DNA of 64,000 nucleotides, taken from positions 29,041 through 93,040 of the forward strand of contig JBAYIY010000001.1 in NCBI GenBank assembly GCA_041665365.1. The letters are read 5' to 3'. The stretch comes from Patescibacteria group bacterium (lineage in GTDB: Bacteria > Patescibacteriota > Patescibacteriia > UBA9570). The translations under genes and the position numbers were made by a program. Position 1 is the stretch's first letter; each line of letters opens with the position of its first letter. The notes beneath the pieces were generated by a model, which did no database searches, was not told the DNA's origin, and saw nothing but the letters and a program-made list of their open reading frames with translations. Shown piece after piece: positions 31,741 to 42,059 of the stretch.

Positions 31741-32533
31741 GTTTTAAATAGGTTAACCAATCTTTAATATGAATGCGTGTTGTGTAATTTAGCAAACTCC
31801 CAAACCCACCCCAGAATGAATGTTGGGCTGATTCGCGTCGATGATAATGCACAATAGACACGTCGGGATAGTATATCACTTTATAGCCATGTGCACGAAT
31901 GCGATCGCATAATTCAAAATCAGCAAAATAAAGGAAAAAATCTTCCTGTAATGCACCTACTGTATCTAAAACAGATTTACGCGCGACTAACACGGCACCT
32001 AATAACCAATCCACTTCCCGCACCGACTGGTGATCAAAATCTACCATTAAATGATTGGCTAAATCTTGTTTGGCAAAAGCTAATTTACCTAACGGTGTGC
32101 GCCGATAAAGCGGAGTTAGTTTTGAATATGGCCGAAAACAAGATGATTGAATCGAACCGTCGCCGTTAGTTAATTTTGGTCCTAACAAAGCAATATCGGG
32201 ATGATCATCTAAATACTGACACAGTTTAGATAAATCAGCCGGGTTTAAAAATATCACATCACTATTCATGATCACGATATAGTCTCCTTTAGCTTCCTTA
32301 ATACCAAGATTATTGCCTTTGGCATGACCGGTATTAGTCGGGCTAGCAATTAGTTTAATCTTAGGATAATATTTTTGCATCATCGCCACACTGCCGTCAC
32401 CGGAGGCGTTATCAACCACGATAATCTCAGACGGCACAGTTAAGTTTAAACTAAGCAAATTTTTCACCGCCAAACGTAATAAATGTTTGGTTTTATAGTT
32501 TAAAATAATGAAAGATAATTTTATGTCGGTCAT
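31709..32533 (-). CDS. GT2 family glycosyltransferase
   Basis: 'LSFIILNYKT...IIVVDNASGDGS' and 'MNSD' DxD. Confidence 0.8.
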   Translation of the reverse strand: MTDIKLSFIILNYKTKHLLRLAVKNLLSLNLTVPSEIIVVDNASGDGSVAMMQKYYPKIKLIASPTNTGHAKGNNLGIKEAKGDYIVIMNSDVIFLNPADLSKLCQYLDDHPDIALLGPKLTNGDGSIQSSCFRPYSKLTPLYRRTPLGKLAFAKQDLANHLMVDFDHQSVREVDWLLGAVLVARKSVLDTVGALQEDFFLYFADFELCDRIRAHGYKVIYYPDVSIVHYHRRESAQHSFWGGFGSLLNYTTRIHIKDWLTYLKLAKQGYGKNS

Positions 32534-33450
32534 AAAGCTAACTGTCTTTTTTTAATCATTTTAGGAAGCAGTCGAAACATGGTTGGAAACATGCGTAAAG
32601 TGGACCATTCGAAAATCAAGACATAGCCGAGTTTAACACATTCGTACGGTAACAACCAGGGCAGGCGTTTTAACCAATCAAATAATGACAGATTCTTAAA
32701 TAACAGCCAAATATGGTTACGGTAGGACATAGCCCGAATTAAAGCCGATTTTTGGCCACGTCCAGCCAAAGTAGTCTGTTGAATGGAGCGGGCATGATAG
32801 ATGACGGCCGTTGGTTCATACCACACCGTATAACCGGTGCGATGTAAACGCCAGCTTAAATCAACATCCTCTTTATAGGCGACAAAATCACTGTCAAAAC
32901 ATTCACTTGTGATAGCCGACCGACGCAATAACATACCGGCTCCGGTAATACCAAAAACTTCCTCAGCTGAATCATATTGACCCGTATCGGCCACTTGCTC
33001 TCCCCGATTAACCGCTCGCCCACTTCTTTTTAAAATCAGACCAGCACTATCAAAAATTTTACTAGGTTGACCATCGATCAATTTCAACATTTTGCCTCCA
33101 ACCATGGCACAGTGCGTGTCTTGCTGCATTCGCTCAACGAGACGTGTGATACTAGTGGGAGTTAAAATAATATCATCGTTACAGATATAAATATATTCTC
33201 CAGTGGCAACCTTAATGCCTTGATTATTGCCTTGCGCAAACCACACGTTAGTTTTATTGACAATTAATTGATCAACTGGACGAACGGTTTGATGTTGTAG
33301 CCAATCGACCGTACCGTCGGTTGAAGCATTATCAACTACGATTACTTCCACATCTGGATAAATTAATTTAGCTAACGATGCAAACAAGGCTGGCATGTGC
33401 CGCTGACTATTATAAGTAAGAATAATAATACTAACTCTGGCTTTGGTCAT
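32530..33450 (-). CDS. GT2 family glycosyltransferase
   Basis: 'VSIIILTYNS...VIVVDNASTDGT' and 'CNDD'. Confidence 0.8.
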   Translation of the reverse strand: MTKARVSIIILTYNSQRHMPALFASLAKLIYPDVEVIVVDNASTDGTVDWLQHQTVRPVDQLIVNKTNVWFAQGNNQGIKVATGEYIYICNDDIILTPTSITRLVERMQQDTHCAMVGGKMLKLIDGQPSKIFDSAGLILKRSGRAVNRGEQVADTGQYDSAEEVFGITGAGMLLRRSAITSECFDSDFVAYKEDVDLSWRLHRTGYTVWYEPTAVIYHARSIQQTTLAGRGQKSALIRAMSYRNHIWLLFKNLSLFDWLKRLPWLLPYECVKLGYVLIFEWSTLRMFPTMFRLLPKMIKKRQLAL

Positions 33451-34828
33451 AAACAGTACTAATTGATAAAGCTAATGCTATCCAACCTAAGCCGAGCGGA
33501 TGATTCAGATATGGTGTCAACATATGTACAAAAGCCAGAGCCACTACACCTAAACCGGCGGTTAGACTGTAAAGATTATTTTGAGAAAACAATCTGATAG
33601 ATAAAGCAGTTATAATACTAACATATAGTAATACTCCTACCAAACCAAGTTTTAACCATAGATCAAGGTAACCCCACTCAAACGCAAAAGTGGTAAACCA
33701 ACCAGATTGATTATTAGTCAAAGCGCGCGGATCTTTGGTTTGATAAGTCACCGTAGTGCCAAAACCCGAACCAAGCAAGGGATGTTGTAAAGCAGCTAGA
33801 GCCAAGGGTTTTAATAGAGCTAATCTTGAGCCACTAGCCGCTTCGGTTGTGACATCACTGGTACGATCAGACAATAAACTAGCGGCATCAACCCCTGAGC
33901 CACTACTAAACAGTGGCACGTTAATAATGGCCAAAATAAACATGTATCCAATAATTGCACTACTACCAACAATTAAGAGATAATATAATCGTTGCTTAAA
34001 AAATATTAAAAATATAATTATTATCAATCCGGTTGCTACCCAAAAACTTCTGGAATAACTGAGCACTAGTAAACTTACTGTTACAACCGATAACACATAG
34101 AAATATTTGGCACGGTGTTTTAATAATAGAGCGGTGCTCGTAAAAATAAACGCTAACAACACATAAATGTGGCTCTGAAAAAAAACTCTGGTGAAATGAT
34201 TAGCTTGGACGGTGACTTCCGCTAAACGAAAATCACGCACCCAGCGATATAGTTCAGGTAGATAATACCCAAAGGCACCCGGGTGTGAATATAAAAATAA
34301 TATGAACACTGATTGGATCGCCAAAACAGTCACACCGGCTAACAATACTGTGAAGAGATTTTTAATATCTTGTTCAGTTTTAACCGCTTGCACAAATGGT
34401 ATCACCATGGCAATAAATAAATATCCATTCATGTCTAAAAATATTTTAGCCGGATCATTGTGATAGATTAAGGCTGTCAACACTGCGAGACCAAACACCC
34501 CAACTAACCCAACCCACCATTTCCAATAATTGGTTTTAAAAAACCGAATTTGTTTATCTCGAATAATCCATACAATCGTCGCTAACATAATAACCAAAAA
34601 TATCCCTAAGCGTAACTGCCCAATTAAATGACCCTGCGAACCGATAACCAATTCGGCCAACACGCCAGCTATGCCATAGTGCAAGCGATATAAACTAGCC
34701 AGTAAGACGAGTAATAAAATTATACCCAAGACAATATTTTTCCAACTCGGGTAACTGTAAACCAACCAAGATAATCCCTCTACGGCTAGCAAAATTGCTA
34801 ACCAACTAGCGTACCACTTGATTCGCAT
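33431..34828 (-). CDS. O-antigen ligase/polymerase (Wzy/WaaL family) membrane protein
   Basis: About 11 TM helices with a large periplasmic loop. Set in a polysaccharide locus. Confidence 0.6.
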   Translation of the reverse strand: MRIKWYASWLAILLAVEGLSWLVYSYPSWKNIVLGIILLLVLLASLYRLHYGIAGVLAELVIGSQGHLIGQLRLGIFLVIMLATIVWIIRDKQIRFFKTNYWKWWVGLVGVFGLAVLTALIYHNDPAKIFLDMNGYLFIAMVIPFVQAVKTEQDIKNLFTVLLAGVTVLAIQSVFILFLYSHPGAFGYYLPELYRWVRDFRLAEVTVQANHFTRVFFQSHIYVLLAFIFTSTALLLKHRAKYFYVLSVVTVSLLVLSYSRSFWVATGLIIIIFLIFFKQRLYYLLIVGSSAIIGYMFILAIINVPLFSSGSGVDAASLLSDRTSDVTTEAASGSRLALLKPLALAALQHPLLGSGFGTTVTYQTKDPRALTNNQSGWFTTFAFEWGYLDLWLKLGLVGVLLYVSIITALSIRLFSQNNLYSLTAGLGVVALAFVHMLTPYLNHPLGLGWIALALSISTVYDQSQS

Positions 34829-35657
34829 AAGCTAAAAACATACTAACCGGATGTAATGTAATAAACCACAGATAAGCCAACACCCCGTTATGCTTACGCA
34901 TGTAGGTTTGTAAGCTATGGTTAAAAATGCGCTGCGCCGTAGGCCGAGCCAATTGTTTAAAACTTTGTCCTTTAGCATGAATACAGGTCAAACTTGGCTC
35001 ATAGCGCACCACATAACCATCGAGTTGTAATTTACGTTGCAAATCAACTTCTTCAAACCAGGCGAAATAATCTTTATCAAAACCGCCATAGTGTTTAGCT
35101 AAAACCGTTGGCATAAACATAAAGGCGCCCATCACCTGGGGAACACAAGCCGGTTTGGTATAATCAAAATCAATCATGAGATATTTATCAACTAAATGCG
35201 GAAATAAATGATGTAACTTTAATTGAATCACAGTTTGATCAGATACCCTGGGCCAAGCGCGCACGGTTGGTTGAATTGAACCATCACGATTCAATAATTT
35301 CACTCCGACCATACCCAATTTGGCTTGACTAGTTTTAAATAGTTTTAGCAAATCTGGAAAAATATTACTAACCAACTCACAATCATCATTTAAAAAAAGC
35401 ACATACTCCCCTTGCGCTTGAATGAGGGCTTGATTATTAGCCGCCCCAAACCCTTTATTATCTGGGTTGCGCAGCAAGTGAACCTGAGGAAAGTCTTGTG
35501 CCACCATGTCCGCTGAACCATCAGCGGAGTTATTATCAACCACAAAAATTTCATAGTTACAGTCGGTCGTATATTGCGCAATAGAGTGTAAACACGAGCG
35601 TAACTGTGCACGCACATTCCAGGACACAATGATGATAGAAATGTCAATCATGGGCAT
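34806..35657 (-). CDS. GT2 family glycosyltransferase
   Basis: 'ISIIIVSWNV...IFVVDNNSADGS' and 'LNDD'. Confidence 0.8.
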   Translation of the reverse strand: MPMIDISIIIVSWNVRAQLRSCLHSIAQYTTDCNYEIFVVDNNSADGSADMVAQDFPQVHLLRNPDNKGFGAANNQALIQAQGEYVLFLNDDCELVSNIFPDLLKLFKTSQAKLGMVGVKLLNRDGSIQPTVRAWPRVSDQTVIQLKLHHLFPHLVDKYLMIDFDYTKPACVPQVMGAFMFMPTVLAKHYGGFDKDYFAWFEEVDLQRKLQLDGYVVRYEPSLTCIHAKGQSFKQLARPTAQRIFNHSLQTYMRKHNGVLAYLWFITLHPVSMFLAYANQVVR

Positions 35658-36658
35658 TACTTTAGCATGTCATTAAATTGTTGCCTACGGTGCTCCCAAG
35701 TTTGGTTTAGTACCCAGTGCTGTGCGGCAGATTCTAGTTCAGCATAGTTTTTTCGTTGCAAAGCCTTAATCAGATCAGCTGGATTAGTGGGATCAACTAA
35801 GATACCGGTAATACCATCTTGAATTGCTTCACTCATGCCACCAGAGCGCCCACCGATACAGATTTTACCGAAACTATTCGCCTCTAAAGCCACTATTCCA
35901 AAACCTTCGACATCGCCATTAGATAATTGCCGAGCCGGCATAACCAAACATGTACAATGTTGGTAGAGATAAGCAATTTCTTGATCTGATAAATTTTTTA
36001 AAATATGCACTCTTTTTTCTAATTTATATTCTTTTATTAACTCGTTTAATCTTGGTTCATCTTGACCTGAGCCCGCTATTACATAATGTATTTCGGGTAT
36101 TTTATTTAGTGCCTCAATTACCCGATCAAACCCTTTTCTTTCAACCAAACGACCCACTGATAGAATAAATTTTTCCGGTATCGGCTCGGCTGGTTTTACA
36201 ACACCGGTGGTTGGAGTGATATGAGCCGCTGGATGAATCACTGTAATATTTTGTAAAGTTCGATCAAAAGTGAACAGCAGGTTTTTGGTATAGTCTGACG
36301 CCGCCACAATATGTTGCGCATGTCGTAAGATTCGTTTCAGTAACCAGCGTTTACGCCAATATGTTTGCGGTACCAAAACATCCATACCGTGCGTAAAAAC
36401 AATATATGGTTTTTGAGTTAATAATTTAACAACCAACGCTACGGTGCCTAAGGGTAAAACCTGTCCCACTAAAACATGAGAATAATTATACAAACGAACT
36501 TGACCAATTAACCACGGAATCATCAGCCACCAAGGCTTGGGCATATCTAATCTGGTGGCTACTTTGCAGCGTAACAAATTATGGTAATAATTAGCCACGC
36601 CGCCTACATCCGGCGGATACTCTAGGGTTATTAAGAGCGGGTACGCATTTGTTGCCAT
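35657..36658 (-). CDS. GT4 family glycosyltransferase
   Basis: 'MPARQLSNGDVEGFGIVALEANSFG' GT-B C-terminal domain. Confidence 0.75.
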   Translation of the reverse strand: MATNAYPLLITLEYPPDVGGVANYYHNLLRCKVATRLDMPKPWWLMIPWLIGQVRLYNYSHVLVGQVLPLGTVALVVKLLTQKPYIVFTHGMDVLVPQTYWRKRWLLKRILRHAQHIVAASDYTKNLLFTFDRTLQNITVIHPAAHITPTTGVVKPAEPIPEKFILSVGRLVERKGFDRVIEALNKIPEIHYVIAGSGQDEPRLNELIKEYKLEKRVHILKNLSDQEIAYLYQHCTCLVMPARQLSNGDVEGFGIVALEANSFGKICIGGRSGGMSEAIQDGITGILVDPTNPADLIKALQRKNYAELESAAQHWVLNQTWEHRRQQFNDMLK

Positions 36659-38109
36659 AACACCTTTATTTCACTAAATTTTACACCACCAAAGACGAAC
36701 AATAAACCGACATAAATAATAATGCAGACACTTAATATCAATAAGAATATCATACTGGTATGATCCAGACTTTGCTGTAACCACCAGGCTAACACAGCCA
36801 TGATACTGGCAGACAACAAACTAATGCCGGCTTTTTTTAGAATAACCAAACTGCGAAATTCCGTCAGTTGATACACATACGGTAAACCCAGTAAGACTAA
36901 AACGATGGCACTGAGAGTGGCCGCCAGAGCTGCCCCCATGTAGGTATATTGCGGAATCAAAATGATGTTTAAGACAACGTTAACACCTAAAGCTATGCCC
37001 ATGTTTAACGTATTGGTTAATTGTTTATTGGCGGCATTCAAAGCATTGCCAATGGGATAATTCGCAAATAAAAACACTACCCCAGCCATAAACAATTGTA
37101 AGGCCGGAATTGTGGCCGGAAAATCTTTAAAAGCTAACTGAATAATATCTGGTGCCAACACATAAGTACCCAAAGCGATTGGTATGCTTAAAAATAATAA
37201 CAATATACTAGTTTGTTCAAAAATGTTACGAAAAGATTCTTTTGATTGCAATAGCGCTTGACTCATCGCCGGGAAAAAAGCGGTCGCAAAAGCGCCTGGT
37301 AAAACGGTTAAGGTAATAGTTAATTTTAGCGCGATACTGTACCAGGCCACATAGCGATCCCCAGCTAAATAATTTAACATCACTGTATCAATTGAACCGT
37401 TCAATTTAAAAAATATATCAGCCAGGGCAAACGGTGCGGCCATAATAAATAGCTGACGCATAGTTGGCCAATGCCACTGCCAGCCTAACCGAATGTCGGT
37501 TTTACGATACAATATATAAACAGCATAGAGTAAATACAAAACACTGGCACAGTTAATGGCAATAATTAAACCGCCCGCTTTATAACCGAAGAAAAAAAAT
37601 GTTCCGCCAATAACCACTACAGCGATCTGGTAAAAAACTTGACCAATCGCCTCATACTGCATGAGTTGCTGCGCGCGTAAGACGGCAAAGATAACCGATC
37701 GAAAGGTATCGAACACAATAATACCGATAGCCAAATAAACCAGCATGACTGTATACGCTGGCATTGGTTTGTATAAATTTAAAATATGAAACAGACCAAT
37801 CAAAACCACAACGCTGACAATCGTTAGAATAATTTTTAACGATAAAGCCTGCTTAAAATATTCCTGTAATCGTTCTGGATTCTTGGCACCCTGCCGCGTT
37901 AAAACCGGAATCAAACCAAAATTCATCAAGATTACAAAAATACTTGTGTACGTAACCGCAAAGGTGTATTTCCCTAATAACTCATCCCCCGCTGGTATAG
38001 CCAGTTGATGGGCAATGTAGGCGAACCACCAAAACGCCAGAGCTTTTTGAGCCATGGACGATAAGGTGAGATAAGTAGCATTCTTTGCTAAGACGCCAGA
38101 TAGCGTCAT
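36631..38109 (-). CDS. Wzx-type polysaccharide flippase (MOP superfamily)
   Basis: About 14 TM helices and the 'polysaccharide biosynthesis protein' topology. First gene of the locus. Confidence 0.65.
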   Translation of the reverse strand: MTLSGVLAKNATYLTLSSMAQKALAFWWFAYIAHQLAIPAGDELLGKYTFAVTYTSIFVILMNFGLIPVLTRQGAKNPERLQEYFKQALSLKIILTIVSVVVLIGLFHILNLYKPMPAYTVMLVYLAIGIIVFDTFRSVIFAVLRAQQLMQYEAIGQVFYQIAVVVIGGTFFFFGYKAGGLIIAINCASVLYLLYAVYILYRKTDIRLGWQWHWPTMRQLFIMAAPFALADIFFKLNGSIDTVMLNYLAGDRYVAWYSIALKLTITLTVLPGAFATAFFPAMSQALLQSKESFRNIFEQTSILLLFLSIPIALGTYVLAPDIIQLAFKDFPATIPALQLFMAGVVFLFANYPIGNALNAANKQLTNTLNMGIALGVNVVLNIILIPQYTYMGAALAATLSAIVLVLLGLPYVYQLTEFRSLVILKKAGISLLSASIMAVLAWWLQQSLDHTSMIFLLILSVCIIIYVGLLFVFGGVKFSEIKVLWQQMRTRS

Positions 38110-38120
38110 GGGGATAAAAG

Positions 38121-38528
38121 CTAACGTTTAGACCACTGTGGTGCGCGGCGAGCCCGTTTCAGACCGGGCTTCTTGCGTTCTTTCTTACGTGAGTCACGGG
38201 TTAAAAAGCCAGCTGTTCTAAGATTTTTGCGCAAACTTTCATCAATGGTCAACAATAAACGGGCAATGCCCAAACGCATGGCAATGGCTTGCGCCGCTTT
38301 ACCGCCGCCTTGTACTTTAGCGCTAATTGAAATTGTTTTGGCATCTCCATAATGACTCAGCGGAGATTTAATGTCTTTCAGTAAAGTGGCCGGAAAATAA
38401 TCAGCCACTGGCTTATCATTCACTGTAATTTCGCCATCGCCTTTTTTTAACAAACGCACCCGCGCGACAGCCGTTTTACGTCGACCAACGGCATAAAGAT
38501 AAGTTCGTTTTGTCTTGGTATCTGCCAT
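38121..38528 (-). CDS. rpsI: 30S ribosomal protein S9
   Basis: 'GRRKTAVARV...GGGKAAQA' and a basic C-terminus ending in ...SKR. Confidence 0.9.
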   Translation of the reverse strand: MADTKTKRTYLYAVGRRKTAVARVRLLKKGDGEITVNDKPVADYFPATLLKDIKSPLSHYGDAKTISISAKVQGGGKAAQAIAMRLGIARLLLTIDESLRKNLRTAGFLTRDSRKKERKKPGLKRARRAPQWSKR

Positions 38529-38530
38529 AA

Positions 38531-38869
38531 CTATTCAATCGTTAAACGCTTAAGCATCTGATCCCGTAATTTGTTTTTTGGTAACATATTGTTAACCGCG
38601 CGCCGGAGCAACTGAGCCGGAGTAAAATCTTTCGCCAATTTCATCTTTAAACCACCGGGATGAAAAGTGTGATGTTTATGCTCAATCGTCGCCAATCTTT
38701 TAGCATCAAATTTTAGTGCCGAAATATTTTTAACTTCTACCATATCGCCACAATTAGAGTAGGGCTGATAATCTGGTTTGTGTTTACCCATCAGCAAGCC
38801 CGCTACTTTCGTAGCCAAACGACCGAGGGTAATATTGGTTGCATCAACACTGTGTGTTTTTCGAATCAT
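38531..38869 (-). CDS. rplM: 50S ribosomal protein L13
   Basis: 'GRLATKVAGLLMGKHKP...HPGG' L13 core. Shorter than typical L13, so the start may be imprecise. Confidence 0.85.
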   Translation of the reverse strand: MIRKTHSVDATNITLGRLATKVAGLLMGKHKPDYQPYSNCGDMVEVKNISALKFDAKRLATIEHKHHTFHPGGLKMKLAKDFTPAQLLRRAVNNMLPKNKLRDQMLKRLTIE

Positions 38870-39264
38870 ACATTTACTTTGTCAGTTGGTTTATCAGTTG
38901 ACTTGGCCGGCTGCTCAACAAACTCTAATTGCACTAATTCAGCGCCATCACCTTTACGGACACCAAGTTTGGTGACACGGGTGTAGCCACCTGCGCGCTG
39001 ATCGAACATAGGTGCAATGGTTTTGATCAACTTATTGACCGCTGTAACATTACCTAAGCACGCTAAAAGATAACGGCGGGAGGATTCTGTATTGCGTCTG
39101 GCGCGCGTTATTAACCGCTCTACAAAAGCTTGCGTCACTTTAGCTTTGACTTTAGTGGTACGTAACCGACTGTTCGTTATCAAACCAATGGCCTGACTTT
39201 TCAACAAAGCCTTCCGTCCGGCGTGATTACGATCAATTTTTTTGACAGACTTCTGGTGGCGCAT
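38866..39264 (-). CDS. rplQ: 50S ribosomal protein L17
   Basis: 'MRHQKSVKKIDRNHAGRKALL' L17 N-terminus. Confidence 0.9.
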   Translation of the reverse strand: MRHQKSVKKIDRNHAGRKALLKSQAIGLITNSRLRTTKVKAKVTQAFVERLITRARRNTESSRRYLLACLGNVTAVNKLIKTIAPMFDQRAGGYTRVTKLGVRKGDGAELVQLEFVEQPAKSTDKPTDKVNV

Positions 39265-39270
39265 ACAATA

Positions 39271-39969
39271 TTATTCAGTCACCTCAGTAAACGAATTACC
39301 AATCACCGACAAATGATCAACTAACATGGCACAAGCTTGGTGCATGGCTTGCTCCGGAGTGAGCGTACCATCAGTAGTGACATCCATGAGTAATTTATCA
39401 AAGTTAGTCATTTGTTCCACCCGCACATGTTCAGTTTTGAAATTAACATTACGTACCGGTGTATAAACAGCATCTAAAGCCATAAAACCAACGTCGAGTT
39501 TTTCATCCTCACGGGCTTCCACTGGCACATAACCACGACCTTTTTGCGCCAAAATAGTAATTTCCAGTTTGGCAGAAGCATCGGTTAAGGTGGCAATATG
39601 CACATCTGGGCTCATCACTTCAATATCTGAATTTTTTTCAATATCTTTGGCGGTGACTTTTTTCTTACCAGATACTTTTAAAGTTACTTGCACGGCTTCA
39701 TCTGAAAAAACTTTTAGACGGACTTGTTTCAAGTTTAATAAAATATCAACCACATCTTCTTTGACGTGTTCCATGGTAGAAAACTCATGATCGACCCCTT
39801 TAATTTTGACGGCTGTGATCGCACCACCTGGTAACGAAGATAACAATACTCGGCGCAACGCATTACCCAAGGTTGTACCATAACCCGGATAACATGGTGA
39901 GATAGTAAACAAAGCGTGATTGGTATCAATCGTTTGCGCTTGGATTTGGCTAGGAAGTTGAATATCCAT
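39271..39969 (-). CDS. rpoA: DNA-directed RNA polymerase alpha subunit, N-terminal (dimerisation/assembly) domain only
   Basis: alpha-NTD motifs 'GYGTTLGNALRRVLLSSLPG'. At 232 aa it ends where the NTD ends. rplQ starts 7 bp later, leaving no room for an alpha-CTD. Confidence 0.85.
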   Translation of the reverse strand: MDIQLPSQIQAQTIDTNHALFTISPCYPGYGTTLGNALRRVLLSSLPGGAITAVKIKGVDHEFSTMEHVKEDVVDILLNLKQVRLKVFSDEAVQVTLKVSGKKKVTAKDIEKNSDIEVMSPDVHIATLTDASAKLEITILAQKGRGYVPVEAREDEKLDVGFMALDAVYTPVRNVNFKTEHVRVEQMTNFDKLLMDVTTDGTLTPEQAMHQACAMLVDHLSVIGNSFTEVTE

Positions 39970-39987
39970 ATGGCGTAAGTTTGATTA

Positions 39988-40599
39988 TTAACGAGAATAA
40001 AATTCCACGATCATATTAACTGCAATGCTGCCTTCAGCATCTTTGGCCGTGGGCAAAGTTAACACCTGCGCAGAATAACGAGTTTTATCTAGCTGCAACC
40101 AGTGCGGTGCATCATACGTTTTTAAATGATTGACGACTTGTTCAGTATACTTCGATGCTTGCGTACTGGTTTTTAGAATAATCACATCACCAACTTTTAC
40201 TTGGCGTGATGGCACATTACATTTCTTGTCATTCACTAAAATATGACCATGCGTCACTAATTGGCGCGCTTGCCGCCGCGTTGTTGCTAAACCCATTCGG
40301 TACACGACATTATCCAAACGACCTTCTAAAAATTGCATGAGCTGTTCGGCGGTGTTACCAACTTTACGGCTAGCGGCCGCATAATAATTGGAAAATTGGC
40401 GTTCTAAAATACCATATAAGGCTTTGGCTTTTTGTTTCTCACGTAATTGTAAACCAAATTGGCTCAAACGCGGTTTTCGCTTCATACCGTGCTGGCCTGG
40501 AGCATAATTGCGTTTGGTTAAAGCACATTTGACTGAGCCACAAACGCTCTCTCCGAAACGGCGACAGGCTTTACATTTTGCTTTGAGATTTCGTGCCAT
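39988..40599 (-). CDS. rpsD: 30S ribosomal protein S4
   Basis: Zn-ribbon-like N-terminus 'CKACRRFG' and an S4 RNA-binding domain. Confidence 0.9.
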   Translation of the reverse strand: MARNLKAKCKACRRFGESVCGSVKCALTKRNYAPGQHGMKRKPRLSQFGLQLREKQKAKALYGILERQFSNYYAAASRKVGNTAEQLMQFLEGRLDNVVYRMGLATTRRQARQLVTHGHILVNDKKCNVPSRQVKVGDVIILKTSTQASKYTEQVVNHLKTYDAPHWLQLDKTRYSAQVLTLPTAKDAEGSIAVNMIVEFYSR

Positions 40600-40613
40600 A
40601 GGTAATACAATAA

Positions 40614-41003
40614 TTAAACGCGACGTGGTTTTTTAGGGCGACAGCCGTTGTGTGGCATCGGAGTAATATCCTTGATATCGGAAATGGTTAAACCGGCCGC
40701 TGTAATGGCGCGCAAGGCTCCATCGCGACCACTGCCAATACCCTTAACAAATACTTGCACTTCTTTTAAGCCAGTTTCTTTAACTTTCTCTAAAGTTTCT
40801 TTCAGTACCACACCCGCAGCATAAGGCGTTGATTTCTTTGGTCCTTTAAAGCCGTATTGTCCAGCACTACCTTGAGCCACAGTATTTCCAGCCGAATCAG
40901 TAATATTAATAATTGTGTTATTGTACGTCGATAACACGTGAATCGCCCCTTTGGCAAGGGATCGCTTCTTTTTTTTCTTCTTTTTTAGAACAGCTTCGGC
41001 CAT
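40614..41003 (-). CDS. rpsK: 30S ribosomal protein S11
   Basis: 'GIAHVLSTYNNTIINITD' S11 core. Confidence 0.9.
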   Translation of the reverse strand: MAEAVLKKKKKKKRSLAKGAIHVLSTYNNTIINITDSAGNTVAQGSAGQYGFKGPKKSTPYAAGVVLKETLEKVKETGLKEVQVFVKGIGSGRDGALRAITAAGLTISDIKDITPMPHNGCRPKKPRRV

Positions 41004-41050
41004 AATATGAGATAATTTGTAGTAGATTTATTGAACTTAATTGTTGTTAA

Positions 41051-41446
41051 TTATGTTTTTTGAGCCGCAATCTTACGACCGGATCCCATAGTGTGGCGTT
41101 TGTTACCACGCACAGTGCGGTTATTAGTTTTGGTCGATTGCCCGCGCACCGGTAAATGCCGAATGTGACGACTACCCCGATAACTGCCAATTTCCTTCAA
41201 GCGTTTAATATTAGCAAAAATCTCGCGACGTAAATCACCTTCCACAGCGATGCCCATCTTATCAATCATGGTTTTAATGGCATTCACGTCAGCTTCGGTT
41301 AAATCTTTGGCGCGCGTATCAGGATTGATCTTCGCTTCCTTAAGAATTTTTTTGGATAATGGAATACCTACTCCGTATAAGTATGATAACGCCACTTCAA
41401 TGCGTTTTTCATTTGGGAGGGTAACACCGGTAATACGTACTGCCAT
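41051..41446 (-). CDS. rpsM: 30S ribosomal protein S13
   Basis: '[11 protein letters not shown]...[15 protein letters not shown]'. Confidence 0.9.
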   Translation of the reverse strand: MAVRITGVTLPNEKRIEVALSYLYGVGIPLSKKILKEAKINPDTRAKDLTEADVNAIKTMIDKMGIAVEGDLRREIFANIKRLKEIGSYRGSRHIRHLPVRGQSTKTNNRTVRGNKRHTMGSGRKIAAQKT

Positions 41447-41450
41447 AAGA

Positions 41451-41564
41451 TTAGCCTTGACGTTGTTTATGTTTAGCTGTTTTACAAATCACATGAACTC
41501 GACCTTGACGGCGGATCACTTTACAAGATGTGCAGATGGCTTTGACTGAGGATCTAACTTTCAT
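41451..41564 (-). CDS. rpmJ: 50S ribosomal protein L36
   Basis: Not in the ORF track. My own translation of the minus strand gives [37 protein letters not shown], which matches the L36 zinc-ribbon consensus. Confidence 0.9.
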   Translation of the reverse strand: MKVRSSVKAICTSCKVIRRQGRVHVICKTAKHKQRQG

Positions 41565-41580
41565 GCTAATAAGGAAATCT

Positions 41581-41865
41581 TTAGTGTCGATAAATTACTC
41601 TACCTTTAGTTAAATCATACGGGGTCATCTCGAGCGTCACGCGATCACCGGGCAAAACTTTGATCCGATGCATACGCATTTTCCCCGACAGAATACCTAA
41701 TATCTCATGCCCGCTGTCCAGTATTACCCGGAACATGGCATTCGGAAGCATTTCAGTCACCTCACCTTGCATCTCAATAAACCCTTTTTTGGTAGAGCGC
41801 GGTGCGCCACTGCCTGGTTGAGGTTGTACTGGTGCTGGGCGTGAAGTGTTTGAATGATTTGGCAT
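41581..41865 (-). CDS. infA: translation initiation factor IF-1
   Basis: '[31 protein letters not shown]' S1-like IF-1 core. The annotated ORF has a ~20-aa N-terminal extension, so the true start may be internal. Confidence 0.85.
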   Translation of the reverse strand: MPNHSNTSRPAPVQPQPGSGAPRSTKKGFIEMQGEVTEMLPNAMFRVILDSGHEILGILSGKMRMHRIKVLPGDRVTLEMTPYDLTKGRVIYRH

Positions 41866-41958
41866 TAAAAAAATACTGCTAAAAAACGAGCTTGGTCGAA
41901 CTTTTGATAGATATTGTCAATTTCTTGGCAAATTCGAGTATTTCGACAAGCAGACAAT

Positions 41959-41987
41959 AGTATACGTAGGCTGAATTGACCTGTCAA
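41959..41987 (-). promoter_or_regulatory. sigma70-like promoter for the infA-rpmJ-rpsM-rpsK-rpsD-rpoA-rplQ operon
   Basis: Minus strand reads TTGACA, a 17-nt spacer, then TATACT. The -10 ends about 95 nt upstream of the infA ORF start. Confidence 0.35.
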
Positions 41988-42059
41988 CTTAACTTTTGTC
42001 AAGCCTGTGGATAACCGGCTTACCTATCAGCTTATTAAGTGATTTGGCATTTTTTTTGG

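Noticed and set aside
41866-42059. 194-bp intergenic region as a possible tRNA/ncRNA gene
   Set aside because: No cloverleaf-compatible T-loop (GTTCRA) or acceptor pairing. The sequence is better explained by a TTGACA-17-TATACT promoter plus a leader.
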